In this document: positions 14,050 through 28,500 of the stretch, piece after piece | How the letters are laid out: every line of letters begins with the position of its first letter | Position numbering within the stretch: the stretch's first letter is position 1 | Assembly: GCA_032718475.1 (NCBI GenBank) | Contig: JAUCBJ010008402.1 | Span: 62,001-126,000 of the forward strand | Direction of reading: 5' to 3' | Source: Nemertoderma westbladi | Taxonomy: Eukaryota; Animalia; Xenacoelomorpha | Length of the DNA: 64,000 bases | Program-made: the position numbers and the translations under genes | Notes under the pieces: generated by a model | Seen by the model: only the letters and a program-made list of their open reading frames with translations | Told to the model about the DNA's origin: nothing | Databases searched by the model: none

Positions 14050-15404
14050 AGCTGTAACCCCCCTTCCATCATAATAGGGTCACTTAACACTCATGGCTTC
14101 TTATCGAACTCTACCTACATCGCTAACCTGCTCAAGTCATGTAATGTGTTGGGAATACAGGAGCACTGGCTCGATGAATTAGAATGTCGAACCATCCTTC
14201 AGAATCTAGATGACCATTTTCACTGTGTTTTCTCAATCAGCAATCTAATGCAGAATCCATACTGCAAACGAGGAGCTGGGGGTACTGCAGGAAAAAATTG
14301 TTTTCAAGTTGGAATGAATTAGGGTCTGGGGATGACATCTGTGGAATACAGGCACAACTACAGAATGCAGAATCGCCACTCATACTCCTATCATGTTATG
14401 CACCAGATGCAAGCAAGGATAGAACTATTTACCACGATTTCCTTGGCAGACTCGAATCAATCCTAAGCCAACATCCTCTATCCTCCCCAATTATAATGTC
14501 GGATACAAATGCTGACCTTGGTAGACTCCAGGGAGAGAGATTTAATCATGATGTAGCTAATGAAAGAGGAAAATTTCTTAATGACTTCCTTAACAAAAAC
14601 AATTTGACAGCAGTGGATACACTCAGCAATTTCACAGGACCCTGTATAACGTATAGGGGTCATGGAGAATCTTATATCGACCATATTCTAATGGCAACTC
14701 GGGACACCAACTTAATTACCAGTGGTCAAGTCTTTCATGAGGACCCAGTAAACAACTATTCGGATCATACACCCCTTGGTACTACCGCTACAGGTCTACG
14801 CGAAATGACTGAAGTACTACATAAAAAGGCAAACTCGGTCTCCCTATTAATCGAACACAGCAAAACAAATTGGATTTGGATTGGCAAACAATTCAGGAAA
14901 AGTAAAACACATGAACCATCTGTCATCAACATCAATGGAACTCCGATCAAAAGAAGCTCCCACCTCACCTTTCTTGGCTACAAACTGTATGGATCTATAA
15001 CATCTAGTCAGATCCTCAATGAAACTACACAATCAATAGCGATTTTGTCCCAAACATTCCACTCTAAAGGATGGACTACACGTTGGATTTGCAGTAAGAC
15101 TGTCTTTAAGATTTGGTCAACAATGTCAGTCCCTGTAATCACTTATCAACTAAAAATGAACATTGGTGCTCTCAACGATACAGATCTCGGAAAACTGGAC
15201 GCCTACTACAGGAAAACTCTACTACGCGGTTTGCTCCATCTGGGATCATACATTAGCAACACAACTCTCTACTGTTTATCTCGGAGCCTCCCTATCTCTA
15301 CCGAGGCGGAACGCCTCGGTAGTCCAGTGTCTTGGCAACTTGATGCGGGTTTTCAGTTGTCCAAATCCCACTCTGCAACTCGGATTCCGGTTGGCCTTAC
15401 ATAG
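14050..15404 (+). pseudogene. LINE ORF2 remnant: APE endonuclease fused in frame to the post-catalytic part of RT
   Basis: APE motifs GSLNTHG, LGIQEHWL, SCYAP, IMSDTNAD, YIDHI, SDHTPL, followed directly by TTATGLREM...LLIEHSKT...PIKRSSHLTFLGY. No YADD-type motif. Frameshift near 14300. Confidence 0.85.
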
Positions 15405-16504
15405 TAATGCCCACCCTAACAGTTCACACAGGGGCATCTCTTGTGGTTATGTAAAAGCAGCTATGACTTTTCCAATACCACGTCTTTTTTCGCTAGCCTC
15501 GTTCAAGTATGATACTAAACATATAATTGACCGAATCAATAATGGGTGCCCTACCAATAAAGACAGGTTAACCTCGAACTTCGTAGAGAATTGCTTCCAA
15601 CTGAAATCAACATCCCTGGACAAAAAGAGATCGATAATAATAGATTACTTGTGTGCTATTATATAACGACTCGTACATACGACTTACATTTCCTAACACT
15701 GACTTCCTTTTCTGACAACACAACGACATCAATGCCAATGTACCATCATTCCCATCCTTGTACAGTACTACCTTGTATATATGTAACGTTTAGTTTACCT
15801 GCACTGAATACGCTACCTATTATCTGTAATTCTGGAACAACCTGTGACTACAAACTATTATATGGATCCTATTTCTGAATGTTTTAATGTTTATTGTTTT
15901 TACTGATTAATTTTATTGTGCAGTGCCATAAATTTCATTTAACATAATATGCAACATGTTTTTATTTGTTAATATAATTGTCGGCTCGACTGACATACCC
16001 GATGAAATGAAATGAAATGAAATGTATCGTTGACTTGCGTGTAAGGATTTGATTACTAATTGTATCGTTGAGTGCGTGTAAGTAAGCAGTACCCGCCATG
16101 ATTGGGTTAATTTATCTACATCGGTTGAGCATTTTCCTGTACTTATGAACATTGAACTTAATAATCAAATACAATAGGATTATAAATCACCATCTTATTA
16201 CAGTTGTTGTAGATTTGCCCATTGTTTTAGTATTACATAATATAATTAAAAAAATTGCAACTATTTATATCTTAAAAACAAAACCACTTATATAATCCTA
16301 CCGGTATACTGTATTTACAGAATAGCTAGCCAAGTTTTCAGTTCAAAGCAATTAATTTATTTTAATTAACATTCGCTTTCGGGTAGATACGATATTGACT
16401 AAAAGTTATTTCCACACCAATTATCGTAAATCCCATTCCCATAACCCTTTACTTTATGCATTGTGTTTATTAGTTCGTATTATTGAATGTGAATTCCAAT
16501 GACC

Positions 16505-19500
16505 AACCAATGTAAACTGTAAGATAACCTCAGCTACCAACCTTCCTTCCAGCTGCCCACTGTAAACTGTAAGATAACCTCAGCTACCACCCACCCAGCT
16601 GCCCACTGTAAACTGTAAGATAACCTCAGCTACCAACCATCCAGCAACCCACTGTAAACTGCAAGATAACCTCAGCTACCAACCTTCCAGCTGCCCACTG
16701 TAAACTGTAAGATAACCTCAGCTACCACCCACCCAGCTGCCCACTGTAAACTGTAAGATAACCTCGGCTACCAACCATCCAGCAACCCACTGTAAACTGC
16801 AAGATAACCTCAGCTACCAACCACCCAGCTGCCCACTGTAAACTGTAAGATAACCTCAGCTACCAACCATCCAGCAACCCACTGTAAACTGCAAGATAAC
16901 CTCAGCTACCAACCACCCAGCTGCCCACTGTAAACTGTAACATATACTCAGCTAGCAACCACCCAGCTGCGCACTGTAAGCTGTAACATATACTCAGCTA
17001 GCAACCTCCCAGCAGCCCATTGTAAGCTGTAAATTATACTCAGCTAGCAACCACCAAGCTGCCCACTGTAAGCTTTAACATATACGCAGCTAGCAACCTC
17101 CCAGCAGCCCACTGTAAGCTTTAACATATACTCAGCTAGCAACCACCCAGCTGCCCACTGTAAACTGTAACATATACTCAGCTACCAGCCTTCCAGCTGC
17201 CCACTGTAAACTGTAACATATACTCAGCTAGCAACCACCCAGCTGCCCACTGTAAACTGTAACATATACTCAGCTACCAGCCTTCCAGCTGCCCACTGTA
17301 AACTGTAAGATAACCTCGGCTACCAACCATCCAGCAACCCACTGTAAACTGCAAGATAACCTCAGCTACCAACCACCCAGCTGCCCACTGTAAACTGTAA
17401 CATATACTCAGCTACCAACCACCCAGCTGCCCACTGTAAACTGTAAGATAACCTCAGCTACCAACCATCCAGCAACCCACTGTAAACTGCAAGATAACCT
17501 CAGCTACCAACCACCCAGCTGCCCACTGTAAACTGTAACATATACTCAGCTAGCAACCACCCAGCTGCGCACTGTAAGCTGTAACATATACTCAGCTAGC
17601 AACCTCCCAGCAGCCCATTGTAAGCTGTAAATTATACTCAGCTAGCAACCACCAAGCTGCCCACTGTAAGCTTTAACATATACGCAGCTAGCAACCTCCC
17701 AGCAGCCCACTGTAAGCTTTAACATATACTCAACTAGCAACCACCAAGCTGCCCACTGTAAGCTGTAACATATACTCAGCTACCAACCTTCCAGCTGCCC
17801 ACTGTAAACTGTAACATATACTCAGCTAGCAACCACCCAGCTGCCCACTGTAAACTGTAACATATACTCAGCTACCAGCCTTCCAGCTGCCCACTGTAAA
17901 CTGTAAGATAACCTCAGCTACCAACCTCCCAGCTGCCCACTGTAAACTGTAAGATAACCTCAGCTACCAGCCTTCCTTCCAGCTGCCCACTGTAAACTGT
18001 AAGATAACCCCAGCTACCAACCTCCCAGCTGCCCACTGTAAGCTGTAAGATAACCTCAGCTACCAACCTTCCAGCTGCCCACTGTAAACTGTAAGATAAC
18101 CTCAGCTACCAACCATCCAGCTGCCCACTGTAAACTGTAAGATAACCTCAGCTACCAACCTCCCAGCTGCCCACTGTAAACTGTAAGATAACCTCAGCTA
18201 CCAACCACCCAGCTGCCACTGTAAACTGTAAGATAACCTCAGCTACCAACCTTCCTTCCAGCTGCCCACTGTAAACTGTAAGATAACCTCAGCTACCAAC
18301 CATCCAGCAACCCACTGTAAACTGTAAGATAACCTCAGCTACCAACCTTCCAGCTGCCCAAGGTAAACTGTAAGATAACCTCAGCTACCAGCCTTCCTTC
18401 CAGCTGCCCACTGTAAACTGTAAGATAACCTCAGCTACCAACCTTCCAGCTGCCCAAGGTAAACTGTAAGATAACCTCAGCTACCAGCCTTCCTTCCAGC
18501 TGCCCACTGTAAACTGTAAGATAACCTCAGCTACCAACCTTCCAGCTGCCCACTGTAAACTGTAAGATAACCTCAGCTACCAACCTTCCAGCTGCCCAAG
18601 GTAAACTGTAAGATAACCTCAGCTACCAGCCTTCCTTCCAGCTGCCCACTGTAAACTGTAAGATAACCTCAGCTACCAACCATCCAGCTGCCCACTGTAA
18701 ACTGTAAGATAACCTCGGCTACCAACCATCCTTCCAGCTGCCCACTGTAAACTGTAAGATAACCTCAGCTACCAACCTTCCTTCCAGCTGCCCACTGTAA
18801 ACTGTAAGATAACCTCAGCTACCAACCTTCCAGCTGCCCACTGTAAACTGTAAGATAACCTCAGCTACCAACCTTCCAGCTGCCCACTGTAAACTGTAAG
18901 ATAACCTCAGCTACCAACCTTCCAGCTGCCCACTGTAAACTGTAAGATAACCTCGGCTACCAACCATCCTTCCAGCTGCCCACTGTAAACTGTAAGATAA
19001 CCTCAGCTACCAACCTTCCTTCCAGCTGCCCACTGTAAACTGTAAGATAACCTCAGCTACCAACCTTCCAGCTGCCCACTGTAAACTGTAAGATAACCTC
19101 AGCTACCAACCATCCAGCTGCCCAAGGTAAACTGTAAGATAACTTCAGCTACCAGCCTTCCAGCTGCCCAAGGTAAACTGTAAGATAACCTCAGCTACCA
19201 GCCTTCCTTCCAGCTGCCCACTGTAAACTGTAAGATAACCTCAGCTACCAACCTTCCAGCTGCCCACTGTAAACTGTAAGATAACCTCAGCTACCAACCT
19301 CCCAGCTGCCCACTGTAAACTGTAAGATAACCTCAGCTACCAACCATCCAGCTGCCCAAGGTAAACTGTAAGATAACTTCAGCTACCAGCCTTCCAGCTG
19401 CCCACTGTAAACTGTAAGATAACCTCAGCTACCAACCATCCAGCAACCCACTGTAAACTGTAAGATAACCTCAGCTACCAACCTTCCAGCTGCCCACTGT

Positions 19501-22500
19501 AAACTGTAAGATAACCTCAGCTACCAACCTCCCAGCTGCCCACTGTAAACTGTAAGATAACCTCAGCTACCAACCTTCCAGCTGCCCAAGGTAAACTGTA
19601 AGATAACCTCAGCTACCAGCCTTCCTTCCAGCTGCCCACTGTAAACTGTAAGATAACCTCAGCTACCAACCTTCCAGCTGCCCAAGGTAAACTGTAAGAT
19701 AACCTCAGCTACCAGCCTTCCTTCCAGCTGCCCACTGTAAACTGTAAGATAACCTCAGCTACCAACCTTCCAGCTACCCAAGGTAAACTGTAAGATAACC
19801 TCAGCTACCAGCCTTCCTTCCAGCTGCCCACTGTAAACTGTAAGATAACCTCAGCTACCAACCTTCCAGCTGCCCAAGGTAAACTGTAAGATAACCTCAG
19901 CTACCAGCCTTCCTTCCAGCTGCCCACTGTAAACTGTAAGATAACCTCAGCTACCAACCTTCCAGCTGCCCAAAGTAAACTGTAAGATAACCTCAGCTAC
20001 CAGCCTTCCTTCCAGCTGCCCACTGTAAACTGTAAGATAACCTCAGCTACCAACCTTCCAGCTGCCCAAGGTAAACTGTAAGATAACCTCAGCTACCAAC
20101 CTTCCAGCTGCCCAAGGTAAACTGTAAGATAACCTTAGCTACCAACCTTCCAGCTGCCCACTGTAAACTGTAAGATAACCTCAGCTACCAACCTTCCAGC
20201 TGCCCAAGGTAAACTGTAAGATAACCTCAGCTACCAGCCTTCCTTCCAGCTGCCCACTGTAAACTGTAAGATAACCTCGGCTACCAACCATCCTTCCAGC
20301 TGCCCACTGTAAACTGTAAGATAACCTCAGCTACCAACCTTCCTTCCAGCTGCCCACTGTAAACTGTAAGATAACCTCAGCTACCAACCTTCCAGCTGCC
20401 CACTGTAAACTGTAAGATAACCTCAGCTACCAACCTCCCAGCTGCCCACTGTAAACTGTAAGATAACCTCAGCTACCAACCTTCCAGCTGCCCAAGGTAA
20501 ACTGTAAGATAACCTCAGCTACCAGCCTTCCTTCCAGCTGCCCACTGTAAACTGTAAGATAACCTCAGCTACCAACCTTCCAGCTGCCCAAGGTAAACTG
20601 TAAGATAACCTCAGCTACCAGCCTTCCTTCCAGCTGCCCACTGTAAACTGTAAGATAACCTCAGCTACCAACCTTCCAGCTACCCAAGGTAAACTGTAAG
20701 ATAACCTCAGCTACCAGCCTTCCTTCCAGCTGCCCACTGTAAACTGTAAGATAACCTCAGCTACCAACCTTCCAGCTGCCCAAGGTAAACTGTAAGATAA
20801 CCTCAGCTACCAGCCTTCCTTCCAGCTGCCCACTGTAAACTGTAAGATAACCTCAGCTACCAACCTTCCAGCTGCCCAAAGTAAACTGTAAGATAACCTC
20901 AGCTACCAGCCTTCCTTCCAGCTGCCCACTGTAAACTGTAAGATAACCTCAGCTACCAACCTTCCAGCTGCCCAAGGTAAACTGTAAGATAACCTCAGCT
21001 ACCAACCTTCCAGCTGCCCAAGGTAAACTGTAAGATAACCTTAGCTACCAACCTTCCAGCTGCCCACTGTAAACTGTAAGATAACCTCAGCTACCAACCT
21101 TCCAGCTGCCCAAGGTAAACTGTAAGATAACCTCAGCTACCAGCCTTCCTTCCAGCTGCCCACTGTAAACTGTAAGATAACCTCAGCTACCAACCTCCCA
21201 GCTGCCCACTGTAAACTGTAAGATAACCTCAGCTACCAACCACCCAGCTGCCACTGTAAACTGTAAGATAACCTCATCTACCAGCCTTTCTTCCAACTGC
21301 CCACTGTAAACTGTAAGATAACCTCAGCTACCAACCTCCCAGCTGCCCAAGGTAAACTGTAAGATAACCTCAGCTACCAACCTTCCAGCTGCCCAAGGTA
21401 AACTGTAAGATAACCTCAGCTATCAGCCTTCCTTCCAGCTGCCCACTGTAAACTGTAAGATAACCTCGGCTACCAACCTTCCAGCTGCCCACTGTAAGCT
21501 GTAACATATACTCTGCTAGCAACCACCCAGCTGCCACTGTAAACTGTAAGATAACCTCGGCTACCAACCTTCCAGCTGCCCACTGTAAGCTGTAACATAT
21601 ACTCTGATAGCAACCACCCAGCTGCCACTGTAAACTGTAAGATAACCTCAGCTACCAACCTTCCAGCTGCCCACTGTAAACTGCAAGATAACCTCAGCTA
21701 CCAACCTTCCAGCTGCCCACTGTAAACTGTAAAATAACCTCAGCTACCAACCTTCCGGCTGCCCACTGTAAGCTGTAACATATACTCTGCTAGCAACCAC
21801 CCAGCTGCCACTGTAAACTGTAAGATAACCTCAGCTACCAACCTTCCGGCTGCCCACTGTAAACTGTAAGATAACCTCAGCTACCAACCTTCCGGCTGCC
21901 CACTGTAAGCTGTAACATATACTCTGCTAGCAACCACCCAGCTGCCACTGTAAACTGTAAGATAACCTCAGCTACCAACCTTCCAGCTGCCCACTGTAAA
22001 CTGTAAGATAACCTCAGCTACCAACCTTCCGGCTGCCCACTGTAAGCTGTAACATATACTCTGCTAGCAACCACCCAGCTGCCACTGTAAACTGTAAGAT
22101 AACCTCGGCTACCAACCTTCCAGCTGCCCACTGTAAGCTGTAACATATACTCTGCTAGCAACCACCCAGCTGCCACTGTAAACTGTAAGATAACCTCAGC
22201 TACCAACCTTCCAGCTGCCCACTGTAAACTGCAAGATAACCTCAGCTACCAACCTTCCAGCTGCCCACTGTAAACTGTAAGATAACCTCAGCTACCAACC
22301 TTCCGGCTGCCCACTGTAAGCTGTAACATATACTCTGCTAGCAACCACCCAGCTGCCACTGTAAACTGTAAGATAACCTCAGCTACCAACCTTCCAGCTG
22401 CCCACTGTAAACTGCAAGATAAGCTCAGCTACCAACCTTCCAGCTGCCCACTGTAAACTGTAAGATAACCTCAGCTACCAACCTTCCAGCTGCCCACTGT

Positions 22501-25500
22501 AAACTGTAAGATAACCTCAGCTACCAACCACCCAGCTGCCCACTGTAAACTGTAAGATAACCTCAGCTACCAACCTTCCAGCTACCCACTGTAAACTGTA
22601 AGATAACCTCGGCTAACAACCATCCTTCCAGCTGCCAACTGTAAACTGTAAGATAACCTCAGCTACCAACCTTCCAGCTGCCCACTGTAAACTGTAAGAT
22701 AACCTCAGCTACCAACCTTCCAGCTGCCCACTGTAAACTGTAAGATAACCTCAGCTACCAACCTTCCAGCTGCCCACTGTAAACTGTAAGATAACCTCAG
22801 CTACCAACCTTCCAGCTGCCCACTGTAAACTGTAAGATAACCTCAGTTACCAACCACCCAGCTGCCACTGTAAACTGTAAGATAACCTCAGCTACCAACA
22901 ACCCAGCTGCCCACTGTAAACTGTAAGATAACCTCAGCTACCAACCTTCCAGCTGCCCACTGTAAACTGTAAGATAACCTCAGCTACCAACCTCCTAGCT
23001 GCCCACTGTAAACTTAAGATAACCTCAGCTACCAACCTTCCTTCCAGCTGCCAACTGTAAACTGTAAGATAACCTCAGCTACCAACCTCCCAGCTGCCCA
23101 CTGTAAACTGTAAGATAACCTCAGCTACCAACCACCCAGCTGCCCACTGTAAACTGTAAGATAACCTCAGCTACCAACCTTCCTTCAAGCTGCCAACTGT
23201 AAACTGTAAGATAACCTCAGCTACCAACCTCCTAGCTGCCCACTGTAAACTGTAAGATAACCTCAGCTACCAACCTTCCTTCCAGCTGCCAACTGTAAAC
23301 TGTAAGATAACCTCAGCTACCAACCATCCTTCCAGCTGCCCACTGTAAACTGTAAGATAACCTCGGCTACCAACCTCCCAGCTGCCCACTGTAAACTGTA
23401 AGATAACCTCAGCTAACAACCTCCTAGCTGCCCACTGTAAACTGTAAGATAACCTCAGCTACCAACTACCCAGCTGCCCACTGTAAACTGTAAGATAACC
23501 TCAGTTACCAACCACCCAGCTGCCCACTGTAAGCTGTAACATATACTCTGCTAGCAACCACCCAGCTGCCACTGTAAACTGTAAGATAACCTCAGCTACC
23601 AACAACCCAGCTGCCCACTGTAAACTGTAAGATAACCTCAGCTACCAACCACCAAGCTGCCCACTGTAAACTGTAAGATAACCTCAGCTACCAACCTTCC
23701 AGCTGCCCACTGTAAACTGTAAGATAACCTCAGCTACCAGCCTTCCTTCCAGCTGCCCACTGTAAACTGTAAGATAACCTCAGCTAACAACCTTCCAGCT
23801 GCCCACTGTAAACTGTAAGATAACCTCAGCTACCAACCTTCCAGCTGCCCACTGTAAACTGTAAGATAACCTCAGCTACCAGCCTTCCTTCCAGCTGCCC
23901 ACTGTAAACTGTAAGATAACCCCAGCTACCAACCTCCCAGCTGCCCACTGTAAACTGTAAGATAACCTCAGCTACCAACCTTCCTTCCAGCTACCAACTG
24001 TAAACTGTAAGATAACCTCAGCTACCAACCTCCCAGCTGCCCACTGTAAACTGTAAGATAACCTCAGCTACCAACCACCCAGCTGCCCACTGTAAACTGT
24101 AAGATAACCTCAGCTACCAACCTCCCAGCTGCCCACTGTAAACTGTAAGATAACCTCAGCTACCAACCTCCTAGCTGCCCACTGTAAACTGTAAGATAAC
24201 CTCAGCTACCAACCTTCCTTCCAGCTGCCAACTGTAAACTGTAAGATAACCTCAGCTACCAACCTCCCAGCTGCCACTGTAAACTGTAAGATAACCTCAG
24301 CTACCAACAACCCAGCTGCCCACTGTAAACTGTAAGATAACCTCAGCTACCAACCTTCCAGCTGCCCACTGTAAACTGTAAGATAACCTCAGCTACCAAC
24401 CTCCCAGCTGCCCACTGTAAACTGTAAGATAACCTCAGCTACCAACCTTCCAGCTGCCCAAGGTAAACTGTAAGATAACCTCAGCTACCAACCTCCCAGC
24501 TGCCCACTGTAAACTGTAAGATAACCTCAGCTACCAACCTTCCTTCCAGCTGCCAACTGTAAACTGTAAGATAACCTCAGCTACCAACCTTCCAGCAACC
24601 CACTGTAAACTGTAAGATAACCTCAGCTACCAACCTTCCTTCCAGCTGCCAACTGTAAACTGTAAGATAACCTCAGCTACCAACCTCCCAGCTGCCCACT
24701 GTAAACTGTAAGATAACCTCAGCTACCAACCTTCCAGCTGCCCACTGTAAACTGTAAGATAACCTCAGCTACCAACCTCCTAGCTGCCCACTGTAAACTG
24801 TAAGATAACCTCAGCTACCAACCTCCCAGCTGCCCACTGTAAACTGTAAGATAACCTCAGCTACCTTCCTTCCAGCTGCCAACTGTAAACTGTAAGATAA
24901 CCTCAGCTACCAACCTTCCAGCTGCCCAAGGTAAACTGTAAGATAACCTCAGCTACCAACCACCCAGCTGCCCACTGTAAGCTGTAACATATACTCTGCT
25001 AGCAACCACCCAGCTGCCCACTGTAAGCTGTAACATATACTCTGCTAGCAACCACCTAGCTGCCCACTGTAAACTGTAAGATAACCTCAGCTACAACCTT
25101 CCTTCCAGCTGCCCACTGTAAACTGTAAGATAACCTCAGCTACCAACCTTCCTTCCAGCTGCCCACTGTAAACTGTAAGATAACCTCAGCTACCAACCTT
25201 CCTTCCAGCTGCCCACTGTAAACTGTAAGATAACCTCAGCTACCAACCTTCCAGCAACCCACTGTAAACTGTAAGATAACCTCAGCTACCAACCTTCCTT
25301 CCAGCTGCCAACTGTAAACTGTAAGATAACCTCAGCTACCAACCTTCCTTCCAGCTGCCAACTGTAAACTGTAAGATAACCTCAGCTACCAACCTCCCAG
25401 CTGCCCACTGTAAACTGTAAGATAACCTCTGCTACCAACCACCCAGCTGCCCACTGTAAACTGTAAGATAACCTCAGCTACCAACCTCCCAGCTGCCCAC

Positions 25501-28500
25501 TGTAAACTGTAAGATAACCTCAGCTACCAACCTTCCAGCTGCCCACTGTAAACTGTAAGATAACCTCAGCTTCCAACCTTCCAGCTGCCCACTGTAAACT
25601 GTAAGATAACCTCAGCTACCAACCACCCAGCTGCCCACTGTAAACTGTAAGATAACCTCAGCTACCAACCTTCCAGCTGCCAACTGTAAACTGTAAGATA
25701 ACCTCAGCTACCAACAACCCAGCTGCCCACTGTAAACTGTAAGATAACCTCAGCTACCAACCTCCCAGCTGCCCACTGTAAACTGTAAGATAACCTCAGC
25801 TACCAACCTTCCAGCTGCCCACTGTAAACTGTAAGATAACCTCAGCTACCAACCTTCCAGCTGCCCACTGTAAACTGTAAGATAACCTCAGCTACCAACC
25901 ACCCAGCTGCCCACTGTAAACTGTAAAATAACCTCAGCTACCAACCTTCCAGGTGCCCACTGTAAACTGCAAGATAACCTCAGCTACCAACCACCCAGCT
26001 GCCCACTGTAAACTGCAAGATAACCTCAGCTACCAAACTTCCTTCCAGCTGCCCACTGTAAACTGTAAAATAACCTCAGCTACCAACCTTCCAGGTGCCC
26101 ACTGTAAACTGTAAGATAACCTCATCTACCAACCTTCCTTCCAGCTGCTCACTGTAAACTGTAAGATAACCTCAGCTACCAACCTTCCAGCTGCCCACTG
26201 TAAACTGTAAGATAACCTCAGCTACCAACCTTCCGGCTGCCCACTGTAAGCTGTAACATATACTCTGCTAGCAACCACCCAGCTGCCACTGTAAACTGTA
26301 AGATAACCTCAGCTACCAACCTTCCAGCTGCCCACTGTAAACTGTAAGATAACCTCAGCTACCAACCTTCCAGCTGCCCACTGTAAACTGTAAGATAACC
26401 TCAGCTACCAACCTTCCAGCTGCCCACTGTAAACTGTAAGATAACCTCAGCTACCAACCATCCAGCTGCCCACTGTAAACTGTAAGATAACCTCAGCTAC
26501 CAACCACCCAGCTGCCCACTGTAAACTGTAAGATAACCTCAGCTACCAACCTTCCAGCTGCCCACTGTAAACTGTAAGATAACCTCAGCTACCAACCTCC
26601 TAGCTGCCCACTGTAAACTGTAAGATAACCTCAGCTACCAACCTTCCTTCCAGCTGCCCACTGTAAACTGTAAGATAACCTCAGCTACCAACCTCCCAGC
26701 TGCCCACTGTAAACTGTAAGATAACCTCAGCTACCAACCCCTTCCAGCTGCCCACTGTAAACTGTAAGATAACCTCAGCTACCAACCTTCCTTCAGCTGC
26801 CCACTGTAAACTGTAAGATAACCTCAGCTACCAACCTTCCAGCTGCCCACTGTAAACTGTAAGATAACCTCAGCTACCAACCTTCCTTCCAGCTGCCCAC
26901 TGTAAACTGTAAGATAACCTCAGCTACCAACCTTCCTTCCAGCTGCCCACTGTAAACTGTAAGATAACCTCAGCTACCAACCTCTCCAGCTGCCCACTGT
27001 AAACTGTAAGATAACCTCAGCTACCAACCTTCCAGCTGCCCACTGTAAACTGTAAGATAACCTCAGCTACCAACCTTCCAGCTGCCCACTGTAAACTGTA
27101 AGATAACCTCAGCTACCAACCTCCCAGCTGCCCACTGTAAACTGTAAGATAACCTCAGCTACCAACCTCCCAGCTGCCCACTGTAACTGTAACATAACCT
27201 GCTACAACCCCCAGCTGCCACTGTAAACTGTAAGATAACCTCAGCTACCAACCTTCCAGCTGCCCACTGTAAACTGTAAGATAACCTCAGCTACCAACCA
27301 CCCAGCTGCCCACTGTAAACTGTAAGATAACCTCAGCTACCAACCTTCCAGCTGCCCACTGTAAACTGTAAGATAACCTCAGCTACCAACCTCTCCAGCT
27401 GCCCACTGTAAACTGTAAGATAACCTCAGCTACCAACCTTCCAGCTGCCCACTGTAAACTGTAAGATAACCTCAGCTACCAACCTTCCAGCTGCCCACTG
27501 TAAACTGTAAGATAACCTCAGCTACCAGCCTTCCTTCCAGCTGCCCACTGTAAACTGTAAGATAACCTCAGCTACCAACCTTCCAGCTGCCCACTGTAAA
27601 CTGTAAGATAACCTCAGCTACCAACCTTCCTTCCAGCTACCCACTGTAAACTGTAAGATAACCTCAGCTACCAACCTTCCAGCTGCCCACTGTAAACTGT
27701 AAGATAACCTCAGCTACCAACCATCCAGCTGCCCACTGTAAACTGTAAGATAACCTCAGCTACCAACCTTCCAGCTGCCCACTGTAAACTGTAAGATAAC
27801 CTCAGCTACCAACCTCCCAGCTGCCCACTGTAAACTGTAAGATAACCTCAGCTACCAACCTCTCCAGCTGCCCACTGTAAACTGTAAGATAACCTCAGCT
27901 ACCAACCTCCCAGCTGCCACTGTAAACTGTAAGATAACCTCAGCTACCAACCACCCAGCTGCCCACTGTAAACTGTAAGATAACCTCAGCTACCAACCTT
28001 CCAGCTGCCCACTGTAAACTGTAAGATAACCTCAGCTACCAACCTCCCAGCTGCCCACTGTAAACTGTAAGATAACCTCAGCTACCAACCTTCCAGCTGC
28101 CCACTGTAAACTGTAAGATAACCTCAGCTACCAACCTTCCAGCTGCCCACTGTAAACTGTAAGATAACCTCAGCTACCAACCTTCCTTCCAGCTGCCCAC
28201 TGTAAACTGTAAGATAACCTCAGCTACCAACCTTCCAGCTGCCCACTGTAAACTGTAAGATAACCTCAGCTACCAACCTTCCTTCCAGCTGCCCACTGTA
28301 AACTGTAAGATAACCTCAGCTACCAACCTCCCAGCTGCCCACTGTAAACTGTAAGATAACCTCAGCTACCAACCTTCCAGCTGCCCACTGTAAACTGTAA
28401 GATAACCTCAGCTACCAACCTTCCAGCTGCCCACTGTAAACTGTAAGATAACCTCAGCTACCAACCTTCCAGCTGCCCACTGTAAACTGTAAGATAACCT

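Larger units (their letters stand above)
8130..16025 (+). mobile_element. Decayed APE-type non-LTR retrotransposon (CR1/L2/Crack/Daphne-like group; clade uncertain), internally deleted; 5' limit approximate
   Basis: Collinear + strand ORF remnants: repeat region, Ulp1-like domain, coiled coil (12362-13084), RRM-like ORF1 end (13407-13943), APE (14050-14780), RT C-terminus (14780-15400). A/C-rich sense strand. (GAAAT)n at ~16001-16025 is a plausible tail. Confidence 0.75.
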
